A DNA stretch of 64,000 nucleotides from Candidatus Woesebacteria bacterium GW2011_GWC1_42_9 (GCA_000995185.1 LCET01000001.1:29327-93326), one strand, 5' to 3'; shown: positions 38,025 to 47,855, counted from the stretch's first letter. A program made the numbers and translations. Notes: generated by a model from the sequence alone, not told the origin.

Positions 38025-40004
38025 GTGATGCGAAATAATTTTTGTGGTTTGATTGTCGCTTTAAGTTTTTTTGTTGTTAGTGTCTTCACTCTTTCGGATT
38101 ATGGGATTAATGTTGATGAGCCAGCTCACTTCATACGCGGTCAGGCTTACGCCGAGTTTTTATTAACAGGAAGAAAGACTTATTTGGCGAAAGATCTAGA
38201 GTCATCTAGAGTCAGCGCGTGGAAACTTCCGCTTTATGATGGGTACTTTTATATGGAGAGAGACACTGGCCATCCGCCTTTAAATGGCATTTTGGCGGCA
38301 CTAACAAACAGGGTTTTCTATGAAAAATTTGGGATATTTGGAGACCTAGAGTCATATCATTTATTTGAAGTTTTTGTTTCAAGTCTTCTGGTTCTTCTGG
38401 TTTATGTTTTTACTTCCCGGCATTATGGTCAGTTTGCTGGAGTCATTGCGGCTTTATCAATTAGTCTGTATCCGCTCTTTTTTGGTGAATCACATTTTAA
38501 TATTAAGGATCCTGTTGAGACTACTTTTTATGCCTTCACTCTCTATTTTTTCTATTGGGGGCTTGAAAAAAACCAAGGACGCTTTTTTTTGGCATCCAGC
38601 CTTTTTTTTGCATTAGCTTTAGGTACAAAATTTAATATTTTATTCTTGATACCTACTATTTTTCTTTATTTAGTGATATCCCATTACCCTATCAAAAGGA
38701 TTTCCATTCAAGTTTGGGTTAGCTTGATAGCCTACCCTGTGATAGTTTTGACGATATATTTTTTAACCAGACCTTATTTCTGGGCTGATCCGATTGGTCG
38801 TTTTTTTGAAACCTATCAGTATTATCATGAGATGGGTACTGGCGGGTTTTCGGATAGCCGGTTTTTAATAGGCAAATGGAATACTTATCCTTTAGTTTTT
38901 GTAATAGTTTCCACTCCTCTTGTTATTCTTTTCTACTCACTAGTTGGAATTATTTCAGGCTTATTGGGGGAGAGAAAAGATAGGAAGAAATTTTCAATCA
39001 TGATTTTTTTGTGGCTAACAATCCCTATTGTACGGGTTTCGTTGCCCGGGATGTCAATTTATAGCGGTGTTAGACAAATTATGGAATATATTCCCGCGAT
39101 GGCGATCTTTGCAGGACGAGGTGCTTTAGCTGTAAAAGAGTTACTGCCTAAGCGTATTGGCGACGGGTTTTCGAATGCTTTGATATTAGCTAGCTTTGTT
39201 CCTCTTCTTTTAACACTTATTAGATTACATCCGAATGAAAATGTGTTTATTAACTCATTGGTGGGTGGTTTGTCTGGAGCAGTAGAGAAAAGGATTCCAG
39301 GGGCGGGCGAGAGCATGGGTAATGTATACCTTCAGGGAATATGGTGGCTTAATGAGAATGCGCCAGATGACGCTCATTTTGGATTACCTGTGGGACTTAA
39401 GTCAAACGTCCCAGATCAATACTTAGAAAGAGGGATCGGAGTGGGTCCATACTTTTCAGGAATGAGCAGAGATGGTGAGTATATGATGGAAAAGATTTCT
39501 GTTGGCCAGCCAATAAATCCCAATCTTTATAATTTTGCTTATTTAGAGAGATTTTTAGATCCAGTTTACGAAGTTAAAGTAGATGGTGTTACGCTTTTGA
39601 AAATTTGGCAAAATGATGATGCTCACACCAGATCTGGTTTCATTAGTGAAGAGGAAATTAATTATCATATGACTATTGATGAAAACAAAGATTTTCGATT
39701 TGACTTTGACAAACCCCGCCAGCTAACAAGACTGGAAATAGATCACTCTTCATATAATTGCGAGCTTGATGCGAAAGGAGTGATTAGCTACTCGGCCGAT
39801 GGTGCTTCAGGGATTATTTCTGGTGATCTTTATTCCCTTCAAGGGCCATATGCAAGTTCTTTGAGGACAAACTCGCACCATGTTTATTTTTTTGCCGCCG
39901 AAGAAGCCAAATGGGTTAAAGTATCAATTAGTACGAAGAATTCTTGCATAGCGCGGATCGATCAGGTAAAGATATTTGGACTAGAAAATATCAAAAGTGA
40001 ATAA
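38025..40004 (+). CDS. GT-C PMT_2-like membrane glycosyltransferase fused to a C-terminal discoidin/galactose-binding-like domain
   Basis: 'YGINVDEPAHFIRGQAY' DE motif and a TM-rich core of about 450 aa. The C-terminal segment of about 150 aa, 'LTRLEIDHS..AKWVKVSIST', resembles F5/8 type C. A candidate extended -10 sequence (TGATATAAT) lies 8 nt upstream. Confidence 0.6.
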   Translation: MMRNNFCGLIVALSFFVVSVFTLSDYGINVDEPAHFIRGQAYAEFLLTGRKTYLAKDLESSRVSAWKLPLYDGYFYMERDTGHPPLNGILAALTNRVFYEKFGIFGDLESYHLFEVFVSSLLVLLVYVFTSRHYGQFAGVIAALSISLYPLFFGESHFNIKDPVETTFYAFTLYFFYWGLEKNQGRFFLASSLFFALALGTKFNILFLIPTIFLYLVISHYPIKRISIQVWVSLIAYPVIVLTIYFLTRPYFWADPIGRFFETYQYYHEMGTGGFSDSRFLIGKWNTYPLVFVIVSTPLVILFYSLVGIISGLLGERKDRKKFSIMIFLWLTIPIVRVSLPGMSIYSGVRQIMEYIPAMAIFAGRGALAVKELLPKRIGDGFSNALILASFVPLLLTLIRLHPNENVFINSLVGGLSGAVEKRIPGAGESMGNVYLQGIWWLNENAPDDAHFGLPVGLKSNVPDQYLERGIGVGPYFSGMSRDGEYMMEKISVGQPINPNLYNFAYLERFLDPVYEVKVDGVTLLKIWQNDDAHTRSGFISEEEINYHMTIDENKDFRFDFDKPRQLTRLEIDHSSYNCELDAKGVISYSADGASGIISGDLYSLQGPYASSLRTNSHHVYFFAAEEAKWVKVSISTKNSCIARIDQVKIFGLENIKSE

Positions 40005-41181
40005 AGCTTTGAAAGTAATATTTGTTACATCAACCTTTTCTTTTAAGAAAAATGACTCATTGGTGCCTTGGATGAGAAGATTAGTTGTGGAACTTAGGTC
40101 TGGAGGAGTAGACATAAAAGTACTTGCCCCGGCCGTGAAGGGTTCCCCTAGTCACGAAGTTTCAAAGATACCGGTTTATCGGTTCCGATATGCCCCCGCT
40201 TCGCTTGAAATTTTGACTCAAGATGAAGGGGCAGTAACCAAGATTCACAATAACCCATTTTTAGCTTTATTGGCAGTTCCTTATATTTTTTTTGGGACAA
40301 TTGCTGGGATACGCCGGTCAATCGGGGCTCACTACGACGTAGTTCATGTGAATTGGCCTTTCCCGCTTGGGATTATAGGATTAATAATAAAATGGGTAAG
40401 TGGTGCCAAATTAGTGCTTACTTTTTATGGAGCGGAGTTTGTGCTAGTGAACAAATTTCCTTTTGGAAAATTAATCTTGGCATTTATCATCAAGAGAGCA
40501 GACAAAGTAATTGCGATTTCTAGTCACACCAAAGCAATGGTTCAACAAATTGCTGACGTGGATGTGTCGGTCATTCCATTCACTTCAGGAATTCAGATAA
40601 CAGCGCCCAAGAGTATTAACCGAAAGCAATCTAGGACTAAACGTATTTTGTTCGTTGGCCGATTGATTGAACGTAAGGGAGTGAAATATTTGGTTGATGC
40701 AATTCCGGACGTACGCGGATCAATGAAAGTAGAGGTTGACATCGTGGGCGGTGGACCTCTTATTACTGAGCTTAAGAAACAAACTAATAGAAAAGGGTTA
40801 AATAACACAGTGACGATTCATGGGAAAGTTAGTAAAGATAAGTTAAAGAAACTATATTTGATGAGTGATGTTTTTGTTTTGCCTGCCATTATTGACCAGT
40901 GGGGAGACACAGAAGGACTGGGGGTAGTGCTTCTTGAGGCGATGAGTATTTCCAAGCCTGTAATTGCCAGTAAAGTCGGAGGGATAACTGATATTGTTAA
41001 ACATAATAAAACTGGTTATTTAGTACCGGAGAAGAATTCTCCAGCACTATCCAAAGCTTTAGTTAAAATTCTAAGTGATCAAAAGCTAGCGAATAGGTTG
41101 GCTAAATCAGGCCAGCAATTTGTCCAAGAAAAGTTTGACTGGAACGTGATCATTAAGCGGACATTAAAAATATATCAATGA
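39997..41181 (+). CDS. family 4 glycosyltransferase
   Basis: 'LFVGRLIERKGVKYLVDA' and 'EGLGVVLLEAMSISKPVIAS'. Confidence 0.8.
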   Translation: MNKALKVIFVTSTFSFKKNDSLVPWMRRLVVELRSGGVDIKVLAPAVKGSPSHEVSKIPVYRFRYAPASLEILTQDEGAVTKIHNNPFLALLAVPYIFFGTIAGIRRSIGAHYDVVHVNWPFPLGIIGLIIKWVSGAKLVLTFYGAEFVLVNKFPFGKLILAFIIKRADKVIAISSHTKAMVQQIADVDVSVIPFTSGIQITAPKSINRKQSRTKRILFVGRLIERKGVKYLVDAIPDVRGSMKVEVDIVGGGPLITELKKQTNRKGLNNTVTIHGKVSKDKLKKLYLMSDVFVLPAIIDQWGDTEGLGVVLLEAMSISKPVIASKVGGITDIVKHNKTGYLVPEKNSPALSKALVKILSDQKLANRLAKSGQQFVQEKFDWNVIIKRTLKIYQ

Positions 41182-43208
41182 GGTCGGTCAAGAAGAAGTC
41201 CATTTTGGCTGCCCTTATTTTTTTTGTAGCCGGTGTAATCACATTACCTCATTATGGAATTAATTGGGATGCAATTAATCATCTTTCTCGCGGTCAGGCC
41301 TACTTAAATTATTTCCTAACTGGGAGTGAAGATTTTTCTAATAGACCACCTTATTTTGACAATTGGCCAGAGCCGGGCGATGACGGCGGGTGGTATTTAC
41401 AGAATCCGGATAATCTTTTCTTCGACCCTGACCGCCCCAAGGAAGAGGTTAGTCCAAGGAGTATGTATGAACTGCCCACTCTAACAATGGCTCTATATCG
41501 AAATAGTGATGGCGGTCACCCGCCTTTGTCAGATATATTATCCTCACTTTTTAATCGAATTCTTTTTGGAGAATTGAGACTTATCAATGATATTGATGCT
41601 TACAGAATATATGGTGTATTGTTGGCGGCTTCCTTAGTAGGTCTTATTTTTTATTGGGTTAGTGAAATATATGGAGGTTTTGCTGGGTTAATAGCGGCAT
41701 TGTCTCTTTCTCTTTATCCCCTTTTTTGGGCTGAAAGCCATTTCAATACAGAAAAAGATGTACCAGAGACCGTGTATTGGTCATTTTTAATGTTTACAAT
41801 ATGGAAGGGAGTAGAGACAAAAAAATGGCAGTGGATATTATCCTCTGGAGTATTTTTTGGACTAGCACTGGGAACAAAATTTAATGTACTTTTCGCCATT
41901 CTAGTAATTATCCCTTGGTTAGCTCTTACTTCTAGAAAATTAATCATGCAAAAGTGGTTTCTTGTTTCTGGAACCACAGCATTATTAATTGGTCTTATGA
42001 TCTTTGTAGGCTCCTGGCCATATCTATGGGGAGATCCAATCATGCGAATCTCAGAAGTGGGTAATTTTTATAAAACGATCGGCACATCACCAAGAAATCA
42101 CATACTTAACATCTATCCATTGGAATGGATATTTTATACAACACCAATTGCTTTTCTCATCCTTTTTGCTACTGGGATATATGGGTGTGTTAAAAGAATT
42201 TTTGCTGATCAAGATAAGGTCACTTTACTTTTTTTATTTTGGCTAATTGTCCCCATTGGCCGGGTTGTGTGGCCTGGAACTGTAGTTTATGGCGGCATTA
42301 GGCAGGCGATGGAGTATATTCCGGCTTTTTGTGTCTTTGTAGGTATTGGCGCACAGGCTGTCAGGATGCGACTTAATAATCTATTTGGGACCGCGATTGT
42401 TTTATTGATGTTTATCCCCATCACCCTAAAGCTGATTGAGATTCATCCGAATGAAAACGTGTATTTCAATCAATTAATTGGAGGTTTGGCGGGAGCAAAA
42501 AAGCACAATTTTCCTTATTGGGGATTTTCTTTCGGTGCTCCTTATCGCCAGGGTGCCAATTGGCTTAATGAAAATGCTCCTATGGGAGCAGATGTAGCGT
42601 ACTCATATGAATTAATTCCAAATTTGCCAAGGATTTTTTTGAGGAGGGATTTGAATTTGCATAATATAAACCGCAGTGGTTATTTGAGAAACGGTGAGTA
42701 TGCGATGACTTTAACTTACCAAGGGACGGCAGAGCGCTCTTATTACGATATGTATCTTGAGAAGTTTATCGATCCAGTTTATCAGGTTACTATTGACGGG
42801 GTAGCCATTTTTAAAATTTGGAAGAATGATAGCGAGCATTTAAAATTTAATTGGAGTGAAAAATTATCTAACGAAGCCAAAGTTCAAAAGGAAAACAATC
42901 GCTTGATTTTTGATTTATCTGAGCCTCGTCCACTGTCACGATTGGAGATCGACTATTCGGAAGAAAATTGCTCTCTTATGAATGAGGGATATGTCCAAAT
43001 TTCAGTGGATGGAAATAAATGGCAAAGACTACCTGGGATCCTCAGTGAAGAGGAGGCCAAAATACCTGCTCTTGGTCCACAGCCGAAAAATGGTCATTTT
43101 ATCGAACCGTTTGTAGGGCAAGAAGCTAGGTTTATTGAAATCAAGATGCCTGAGAAAACTTGCCTTGGAAACTTGCGTCATTTTGATATATATTATTTTG
43201 ACCTATGA
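41178..43208 (+). CDS. GT-C PMT_2-like membrane protein fused to a discoidin-like domain; paralog of 38025..40004 with an altered catalytic-motif position (DA instead of DE)
   Basis: It is collinear with the ORF at 38025 ('YGINWDAINHLSRGQAY' against 'YGINVDEPAHFIRGQAY'; shared 'IHPNENV..N.L.GGL.GA'). The C-terminal 'LSRLEIDYSEENCSL...ARFIEIKM' is discoidin-like. Confidence 0.6.
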   Translation: MRSVKKKSILAALIFFVAGVITLPHYGINWDAINHLSRGQAYLNYFLTGSEDFSNRPPYFDNWPEPGDDGGWYLQNPDNLFFDPDRPKEEVSPRSMYELPTLTMALYRNSDGGHPPLSDILSSLFNRILFGELRLINDIDAYRIYGVLLAASLVGLIFYWVSEIYGGFAGLIAALSLSLYPLFWAESHFNTEKDVPETVYWSFLMFTIWKGVETKKWQWILSSGVFFGLALGTKFNVLFAILVIIPWLALTSRKLIMQKWFLVSGTTALLIGLMIFVGSWPYLWGDPIMRISEVGNFYKTIGTSPRNHILNIYPLEWIFYTTPIAFLILFATGIYGCVKRIFADQDKVTLLFLFWLIVPIGRVVWPGTVVYGGIRQAMEYIPAFCVFVGIGAQAVRMRLNNLFGTAIVLLMFIPITLKLIEIHPNENVYFNQLIGGLAGAKKHNFPYWGFSFGAPYRQGANWLNENAPMGADVAYSYELIPNLPRIFLRRDLNLHNINRSGYLRNGEYAMTLTYQGTAERSYYDMYLEKFIDPVYQVTIDGVAIFKIWKNDSEHLKFNWSEKLSNEAKVQKENNRLIFDLSEPRPLSRLEIDYSEENCSLMNEGYVQISVDGNKWQRLPGILSEEEAKIPALGPQPKNGHFIEPFVGQEARFIEIKMPEKTCLGNLRHFDIYYFDL

Positions 43209-43966
43209 AAAAAGAAATTGTTGGCATTTTAGGGAAAGGTGAAATTGGTACAGCCATAGCTAAGATTTCTCGTGAGGCTGGGTATAAAGTTTTAGTACGA
43301 GAAATAAAATATGATCAAATGGCAGGTAATACCGTCGATTTTTTACATGTGAATATTCCAGAGAAGAATAACAAAAAGTTTGTTGATTTAGTTGTGGCCA
43401 ATATCTTAGAGCTCGAGCCGCGTTTGACCGTGATAAACAGTTCTGTGACTCCAGGGACAACAAGAAAAATTTTTAATCGGGCCAACAAACCTATTGTCCA
43501 TTCGCCGGTAATTGGTATACATCCCCAGTTGTATAAATCGATAAAGGTATATTTCAAGAAAGTTATTGGCCCAACCGACAAAAAATCTTTAAATCTCGCA
43601 AAAAAACATTTTAAAAAATTGGGCTTGAATGTTCAGACTTATGATAGTGCAGAAAATTCGGAGTCAGCTAAACTTTTAGATCTGATTTATTATGCCTGGA
43701 ATATAGTTTTTTGTAAGTGGGTAGATGAAATTAGTAAGGAATTAAAACTTAATTTCAATCAAGTTTATACTATCAATAATCAAATTTATAATCAGGGATA
43801 TAAAAAGCTTCGGCCTAATGTAATAAGACCGGTATTAACTCCAACTTTAGGACCAATTGGCGGACACTGTACGGTAGAAGATACGATACTTTTTGATCGC
43901 TATTATAAAAGTAGATTCACAAAATTTATTTTAGGTGAAAATGAAAGATATAAAAAAAATAAATAA
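43205..43966 (+). CDS. NAD(P)-binding Rossmann protein, possibly a short nucleotide-sugar dehydrogenase-like enzyme
   Basis: N-terminal 'IVGILGKGEIGTAIA' (GxGxxG) and a C-terminal 'GPIGGHCTVED' resembling the catalytic-cysteine 'GGxC..KD' motif of the UDP-glucose/GDP-mannose dehydrogenase family. At only 253 aa it has no C-terminal UDP-binding domain. Confidence 0.35.
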   Translation: MKKEIVGILGKGEIGTAIAKISREAGYKVLVREIKYDQMAGNTVDFLHVNIPEKNNKKFVDLVVANILELEPRLTVINSSVTPGTTRKIFNRANKPIVHSPVIGIHPQLYKSIKVYFKKVIGPTDKKSLNLAKKHFKKLGLNVQTYDSAENSESAKLLDLIYYAWNIVFCKWVDEISKELKLNFNQVYTINNQIYNQGYKKLRPNVIRPVLTPTLGPIGGHCTVEDTILFDRYYKSRFTKFILGENERYKKNK

Positions 43967-44984
43967 TTGGCCAAAAGTGTCGGTTATTGTCCCTGTCTTT
44001 AATCGCCAGTGGTGTATCGGGAAGTGTTTGGCTTCAATACAAAAACAGAATTACCCCTCGAAAAAAATTGAGGTGCTTTTGGTTGATGCCTGGTCCACTG
44101 ACGAAACACTAAAAATTGCCAGAGATTTTCAGAAACGAAAGGGACCGATGGACTTAAAGATTATTATGATTGATGACCCTTTAGCTCAGAAAATTGGCGA
44201 GCCTGGCAAGGTATTAGGATATAAGAAGATGACAGGTGATTTTTATTTTTATCTTGATAGTGATGCAGAGTTTGTTTCTAAAAACTTTGTCAGAGATTTA
44301 ATCTTCCCTTTTTTAGACGACCCAGAGATTGCAGGGAGTTTCACTTGCTACCTGCCAAATAAAAGACAAAACACATTTAATCGTTATGTTTCTTATAATG
44401 AGCTTCAACTCTGGCCGATGCTTGCTTATTTAGTACCCAAAATTAAAGAAATAATTATCGTTAAGAGGCAGGGGTATGATTTGGTGAATATTGATCCCGA
44501 TAAATCGCCTCCGATAGGAATGGCGTTCTTTAGAAAAAGTTTTTTGGATAAAGTTATTACTGAGGTTAACAAATTTAATTATGTAGATATTGCTATTCCA
44601 CTACAATTATCTGAGGCGGGACATAATAAATTTGCCTATGTTAGAAAAGCAGGAATGTACCATTTTCGAGCCGGTTTAGGCCGTGAGTTTTGGCGTCAAA
44701 AACGTGATGTTACAATTACTTATCTACCAGTCGTTAAGAGTAGAAAATTCCAATATGTTAATTTTAGAAATCCAGTTGATTTAGCAAAGATCATTTGTTG
44801 GATAATTTGGGTTAATTTAATTATCCCTAGTTTTTTAGTAGGAGTATATAAAAGCCTTAAATATCGTGATTGGGCAGGCATGTATGAGCTACCAACTAAC
44901 TTTATTTTAACTAATTACATAATCTATCTTTTTATGAATGATCCAAACGGACGCCGGCTAATTAAACATGTTGTTTTTGGGTAG
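43935..44984 (+). CDS. family 2 glycosyltransferase
   Basis: 'VSVIVPVFNRQWCIGKCLASI...VLLVDAWSTDET' and 'YLDSDAEF'. Confidence 0.7.
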   Translation: MKMKDIKKINNWPKVSVIVPVFNRQWCIGKCLASIQKQNYPSKKIEVLLVDAWSTDETLKIARDFQKRKGPMDLKIIMIDDPLAQKIGEPGKVLGYKKMTGDFYFYLDSDAEFVSKNFVRDLIFPFLDDPEIAGSFTCYLPNKRQNTFNRYVSYNELQLWPMLAYLVPKIKEIIIVKRQGYDLVNIDPDKSPPIGMAFFRKSFLDKVITEVNKFNYVDIAIPLQLSEAGHNKFAYVRKAGMYHFRAGLGREFWRQKRDVTITYLPVVKSRKFQYVNFRNPVDLAKIICWIIWVNLIIPSFLVGVYKSLKYRDWAGMYELPTNFILTNYIIYLFMNDPNGRRLIKHVVFG

Positions 44985-45001
44985 GGTGTCTAGGGGGGAT
45001 C

Positions 45002-45940
45002 TTATAATTCTTGATCTATGAAGTTTACATCCCGGCCCTTTTTTTGGCTTAAGTTGACGATCATTTCTGCCACAAGTCCGGTGGTAACAAGCTGAATACC
45101 AATAATCATCAGGAGTATGCCGAAAAATAAAAGCGGGTGTCGGTACTGGATGCTTCCTGTGGCAATCCTTAAGTAGGTGATATATAAACCTATCATAAAA
45201 CCAGACGAAAAAAGAATTATACCCCACGTTCCAAAAAAGTGAGCCGGCCTTTTTAAATATACCGTGAGAAAAACAATGGTTATCATATCTAGAAAGCCCT
45301 TCATGTTCCTTTCCCAGCCAAATTTGCTTTGACCATATTTTCTTTTATGGTGTTTGACAATAACTTCTGAAACTTTGAAATTTTGTTTTTCTGCCAAAAC
45401 GGGAATATATTTGTAGAGTTCACCATAAAGATTAAGATTTTCTATTACTTCTCGTCGGTAAACTTTATATCCACAGTTTAAATCGTGAATAGAGATCCCT
45501 GTTAGTAGTCTAGTGGCAAAATTACCAATTTTAGAGGGGAGTGTTTTGCTAATTGGATCATAACGTTGTTTTTTCCACCCGGAAACCAGATCGTAACCTT
45601 CTTCTAGTTTATTTAATAACTTTGGTAATTCCGCAGGGTCGTCTTGCAAGTCGGCGTCCATTGTGACAACTATTTTGCCCCTTGATCTTTCAAAGCCAAC
45701 TTGTAAAGCCGTAGATTTACCAAAGTTGCCACGTAGCTTAATAACTTTCACTTTGTTGTTTTTTTTGGTTAATTTAGAGAGGACTTCGAATGTTGTGTCT
45801 GTGGAGCCATCGTCAATAAATATTATTTCATAGGTCTTCCTTGTTTTTGAGATTACCTCGAGTATTTTTTTGTATAGTTTTTCGACTGATTTTTCTTCAT
45901 TTTTGGCCGGGATGATGAAGGATAATTCAACTTTATTCAT
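45002..45940 (-). CDS. polyprenol-phosphate sugar synthase, GT2 with C-terminal TM helices (GtrB/ArnC/DPM1-like)
   Basis: 'LSFIIPAKNEEKSV...IIFIDDGSTDTT', 'TMDADLQDDP' and 'IHDLNCGYKVYRR'. Two C-terminal TM helices give the classic GtrB/ArnC architecture. Confidence 0.8.
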   Translation of the reverse strand: MNKVELSFIIPAKNEEKSVEKLYKKILEVISKTRKTYEIIFIDDGSTDTTFEVLSKLTKKNNKVKVIKLRGNFGKSTALQVGFERSRGKIVVTMDADLQDDPAELPKLLNKLEEGYDLVSGWKKQRYDPISKTLPSKIGNFATRLLTGISIHDLNCGYKVYRREVIENLNLYGELYKYIPVLAEKQNFKVSEVIVKHHKRKYGQSKFGWERNMKGFLDMITIVFLTVYLKRPAHFFGTWGIILFSSGFMIGLYITYLRIATGSIQYRHPLLFFGILLMIIGIQLVTTGLVAEMIVNLSQKKGRDVNFIDQEL

Positions 45941-45958
45941 GAAAACAACTGTATTATA

Positions 45959-46855
45959 ATGTCACAGATGAATTACAACAAGTGGAAGTGCATTGTTTGC
46001 GGAGGAGATAGAAAGAAGCTTCTTTATAGAGAAAAGAGGATTACTAAAAGTAAAATAACTCCAAAGGAAGCAGTCTGTACAGGCGAGATTGGCTCAAGAG
46101 GTAGACACGGAAAAATTTGGAAATGCGATACTTGTGGGTTTGTTTGCCAAGATTTTACTTTTTCGGAAAATGAGTTAAATAATGCCTACAAAGGGGGTAC
46201 TGATGAAATATATTTTGAACAATATAAAGAGCGGGAACATCTTTTTGAGAAGTGTCTAGATAGGATACACCAACATATTAAACCTCCAGGGAAAATGCTT
46301 GACATTGGATGCAACGCGGGGATATTTCTTAATACAGCAAGAAGAATGGGATGGAAAACGGAAGGTATAGAGCCCTCTTCTTGGGCTGCAAGGGTTGCCC
46401 GTGAGCGGTTTGAATTAAAAGTTAGAACAGGAATATTTGAGAAGACCAGATATAAGCCTGGGACCTACGACGTTATTACTAGTTGGGATGTTTTAGAACA
46501 TTTTGTCGACCCCGTTATGGTTCTTGATAAGATTCATAAATTACTTAAGAAGGATGGTGTCCTAGTTTTATCCACGATTGACATAAATAGCTGGTTTTCG
46601 CTGGTTTTAGGATCTCATTGGCCTTGGCTCATTAGAGTTCATCTCTGGTACTTCACTCCGGATACCTTTAGGCGGTTAGTTGAAAATAGCGGTTTTGAAA
46701 TATCCTGGATGGGGCCGCAGATCAGATGGTTTTCACTGCCCTACTTATTGACTAGGTTTACTGGTAAAAATTTTTCTTGGATGCCAACTATTTCCCTGCC
46801 GGCGCCAACAGGCGATATTATTTATCTTGTTGCTAGAAAAAAACAAAGTGACTGA
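45959..46855 (+). CDS. SAM-dependent methyltransferase with N-terminal 4-Cys zinc-ribbon
   Basis: 'CIVCGG...CDTCGF' followed by 'MLDIGCNAGIF' motif I and 'SWDVLEHFVDP'. Confidence 0.7.
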   Translation: MSQMNYNKWKCIVCGGDRKKLLYREKRITKSKITPKEAVCTGEIGSRGRHGKIWKCDTCGFVCQDFTFSENELNNAYKGGTDEIYFEQYKEREHLFEKCLDRIHQHIKPPGKMLDIGCNAGIFLNTARRMGWKTEGIEPSSWAARVARERFELKVRTGIFEKTRYKPGTYDVITSWDVLEHFVDPVMVLDKIHKLLKKDGVLVLSTIDINSWFSLVLGSHWPWLIRVHLWYFTPDTFRRLVENSGFEISWMGPQIRWFSLPYLLTRFTGKNFSWMPTISLPAPTGDIIYLVARKKQSD

Positions 46856-47855
46856 ATATCCCTTAGTATCGATAATAATTGTTAATTGGAATGGGGGCAA
46901 GGTTTTTGAAAATTGTTTGATTTCTCTTAAGAAGATTGACTACTTAAATTGGGAACTAATTATTGTGGATAATGGTAGTACGGATGGCACCCAAAGGTAT
47001 GCAACGATAAAAAATAAAAGGAATGTCGGATTTGCGCGAGCGAATAATCAAGGTTATAGAAAATGCAAAGGTAAGTACGTTTTATTATTGAATAATGATA
47101 CTAGGGTTGAGAAACGATTTTTGACTAAGTTAGTTGGAAGAATTGAAAAAGAACCCCAAATTGGCATAATTCAACCCAAGATTTTAGTGATGGATAAGCC
47201 GACTCATCTTGATAGTGTGGGGTCATTTCTAACGCGGACTGGCTTTTTAGAGCATTATGGATTTCTTGCTAAAGATTCAAAAAAATATGACAAAGAATTG
47301 CTAATTTTTTCCGCCAAAGGCGCTTGTATGCTTGTTCGGAGAGAGGTAATTGAAAAGGTGGAATTATTTGATGGTGATTATATTTCTTATTTAGAAGAAA
47401 CTGATTTTTGCTGGCGAGTTTGGCTAGCTGGCTATAAGATCTTATATTTTCCTCAGTCGAAGATCTTGCATAAAGTCGGCATGACCTCGAAAAGATTAAA
47501 CCAAGTGATAGTTAATTATCATTCTTTTAAGAACCGCTTAATTACGCTTTTTAAAAATTTGAATGGTCTCAATATTATATTAATTGGCGGTTTGCATTTG
47601 GTTATTATTTTAGGATTGAGCTTTTATTATTTAATTCACTTTCGGTTTAAAGAAGCAATTATGGTTTGGAGGGCAATTTATTGGAATTTATCTCATTTGC
47701 CAAGCTTGGTCCGTAAAAGAAGAAAGGTGCAAAAAATAAGAACGGTAACTGACAAAGAAGTTTTTAGGTATATTTTAAAACCTGTTGATTGGCAAGAAAT
47801 GTTTGGCCATTTTTTGCGTTCAGAGAGGATGCTGGCGGGGAAGCATGAGATTTAG
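46848..47855 (+). CDS. family 2 glycosyltransferase (rhamnosyltransferase-like)
   Basis: 'PLVSIIIVNWNGGKVFENCLISL...LIIVDNGSTDGT' and 'YLEETDFC'. No in-frame ATG lies near the 5' end. The likely start is GTG at 46848 or TTG at 46827. Confidence 0.7.
   Translation: MTEYPLVSIIIVNWNGGKVFENCLISLKKIDYLNWELIIVDNGSTDGTQRYATIKNKRNVGFARANNQGYRKCKGKYVLLLNNDTRVEKRFLTKLVGRIEKEPQIGIIQPKILVMDKPTHLDSVGSFLTRTGFLEHYGFLAKDSKKYDKELLIFSAKGACMLVRREVIEKVELFDGDYISYLEETDFCWRVWLAGYKILYFPQSKILHKVGMTSKRLNQVIVNYHSFKNRLITLFKNLNGLNIILIGGLHLVIILGLSFYYLIHFRFKEAIMVWRAIYWNLSHLPSLVRKRRKVQKIRTVTDKEVFRYILKPVDWQEMFGHFLRSERMLAGKHEI

Noticed and set aside
43205-43966. Calling this ORF a prephenate dehydrogenase or other core-metabolism gene
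   Set aside because: Only the generic GxGxxG fold is recognisable. The cluster context favours a nucleotide-sugar enzyme. It is left as a low-confidence call and not named.
44984-45060. Possible bidirectional terminator between the convergent genes 43935..44984 (+) and 45002..45940 (-): G-run 'ctaggggggatc' and 'cccggcccttttttt'
   Set aside because: The gap is only 17 nt. The 'cccggcccttttttt' segment lies inside the minus-strand coding sequence. There is no convincing complementary stem.
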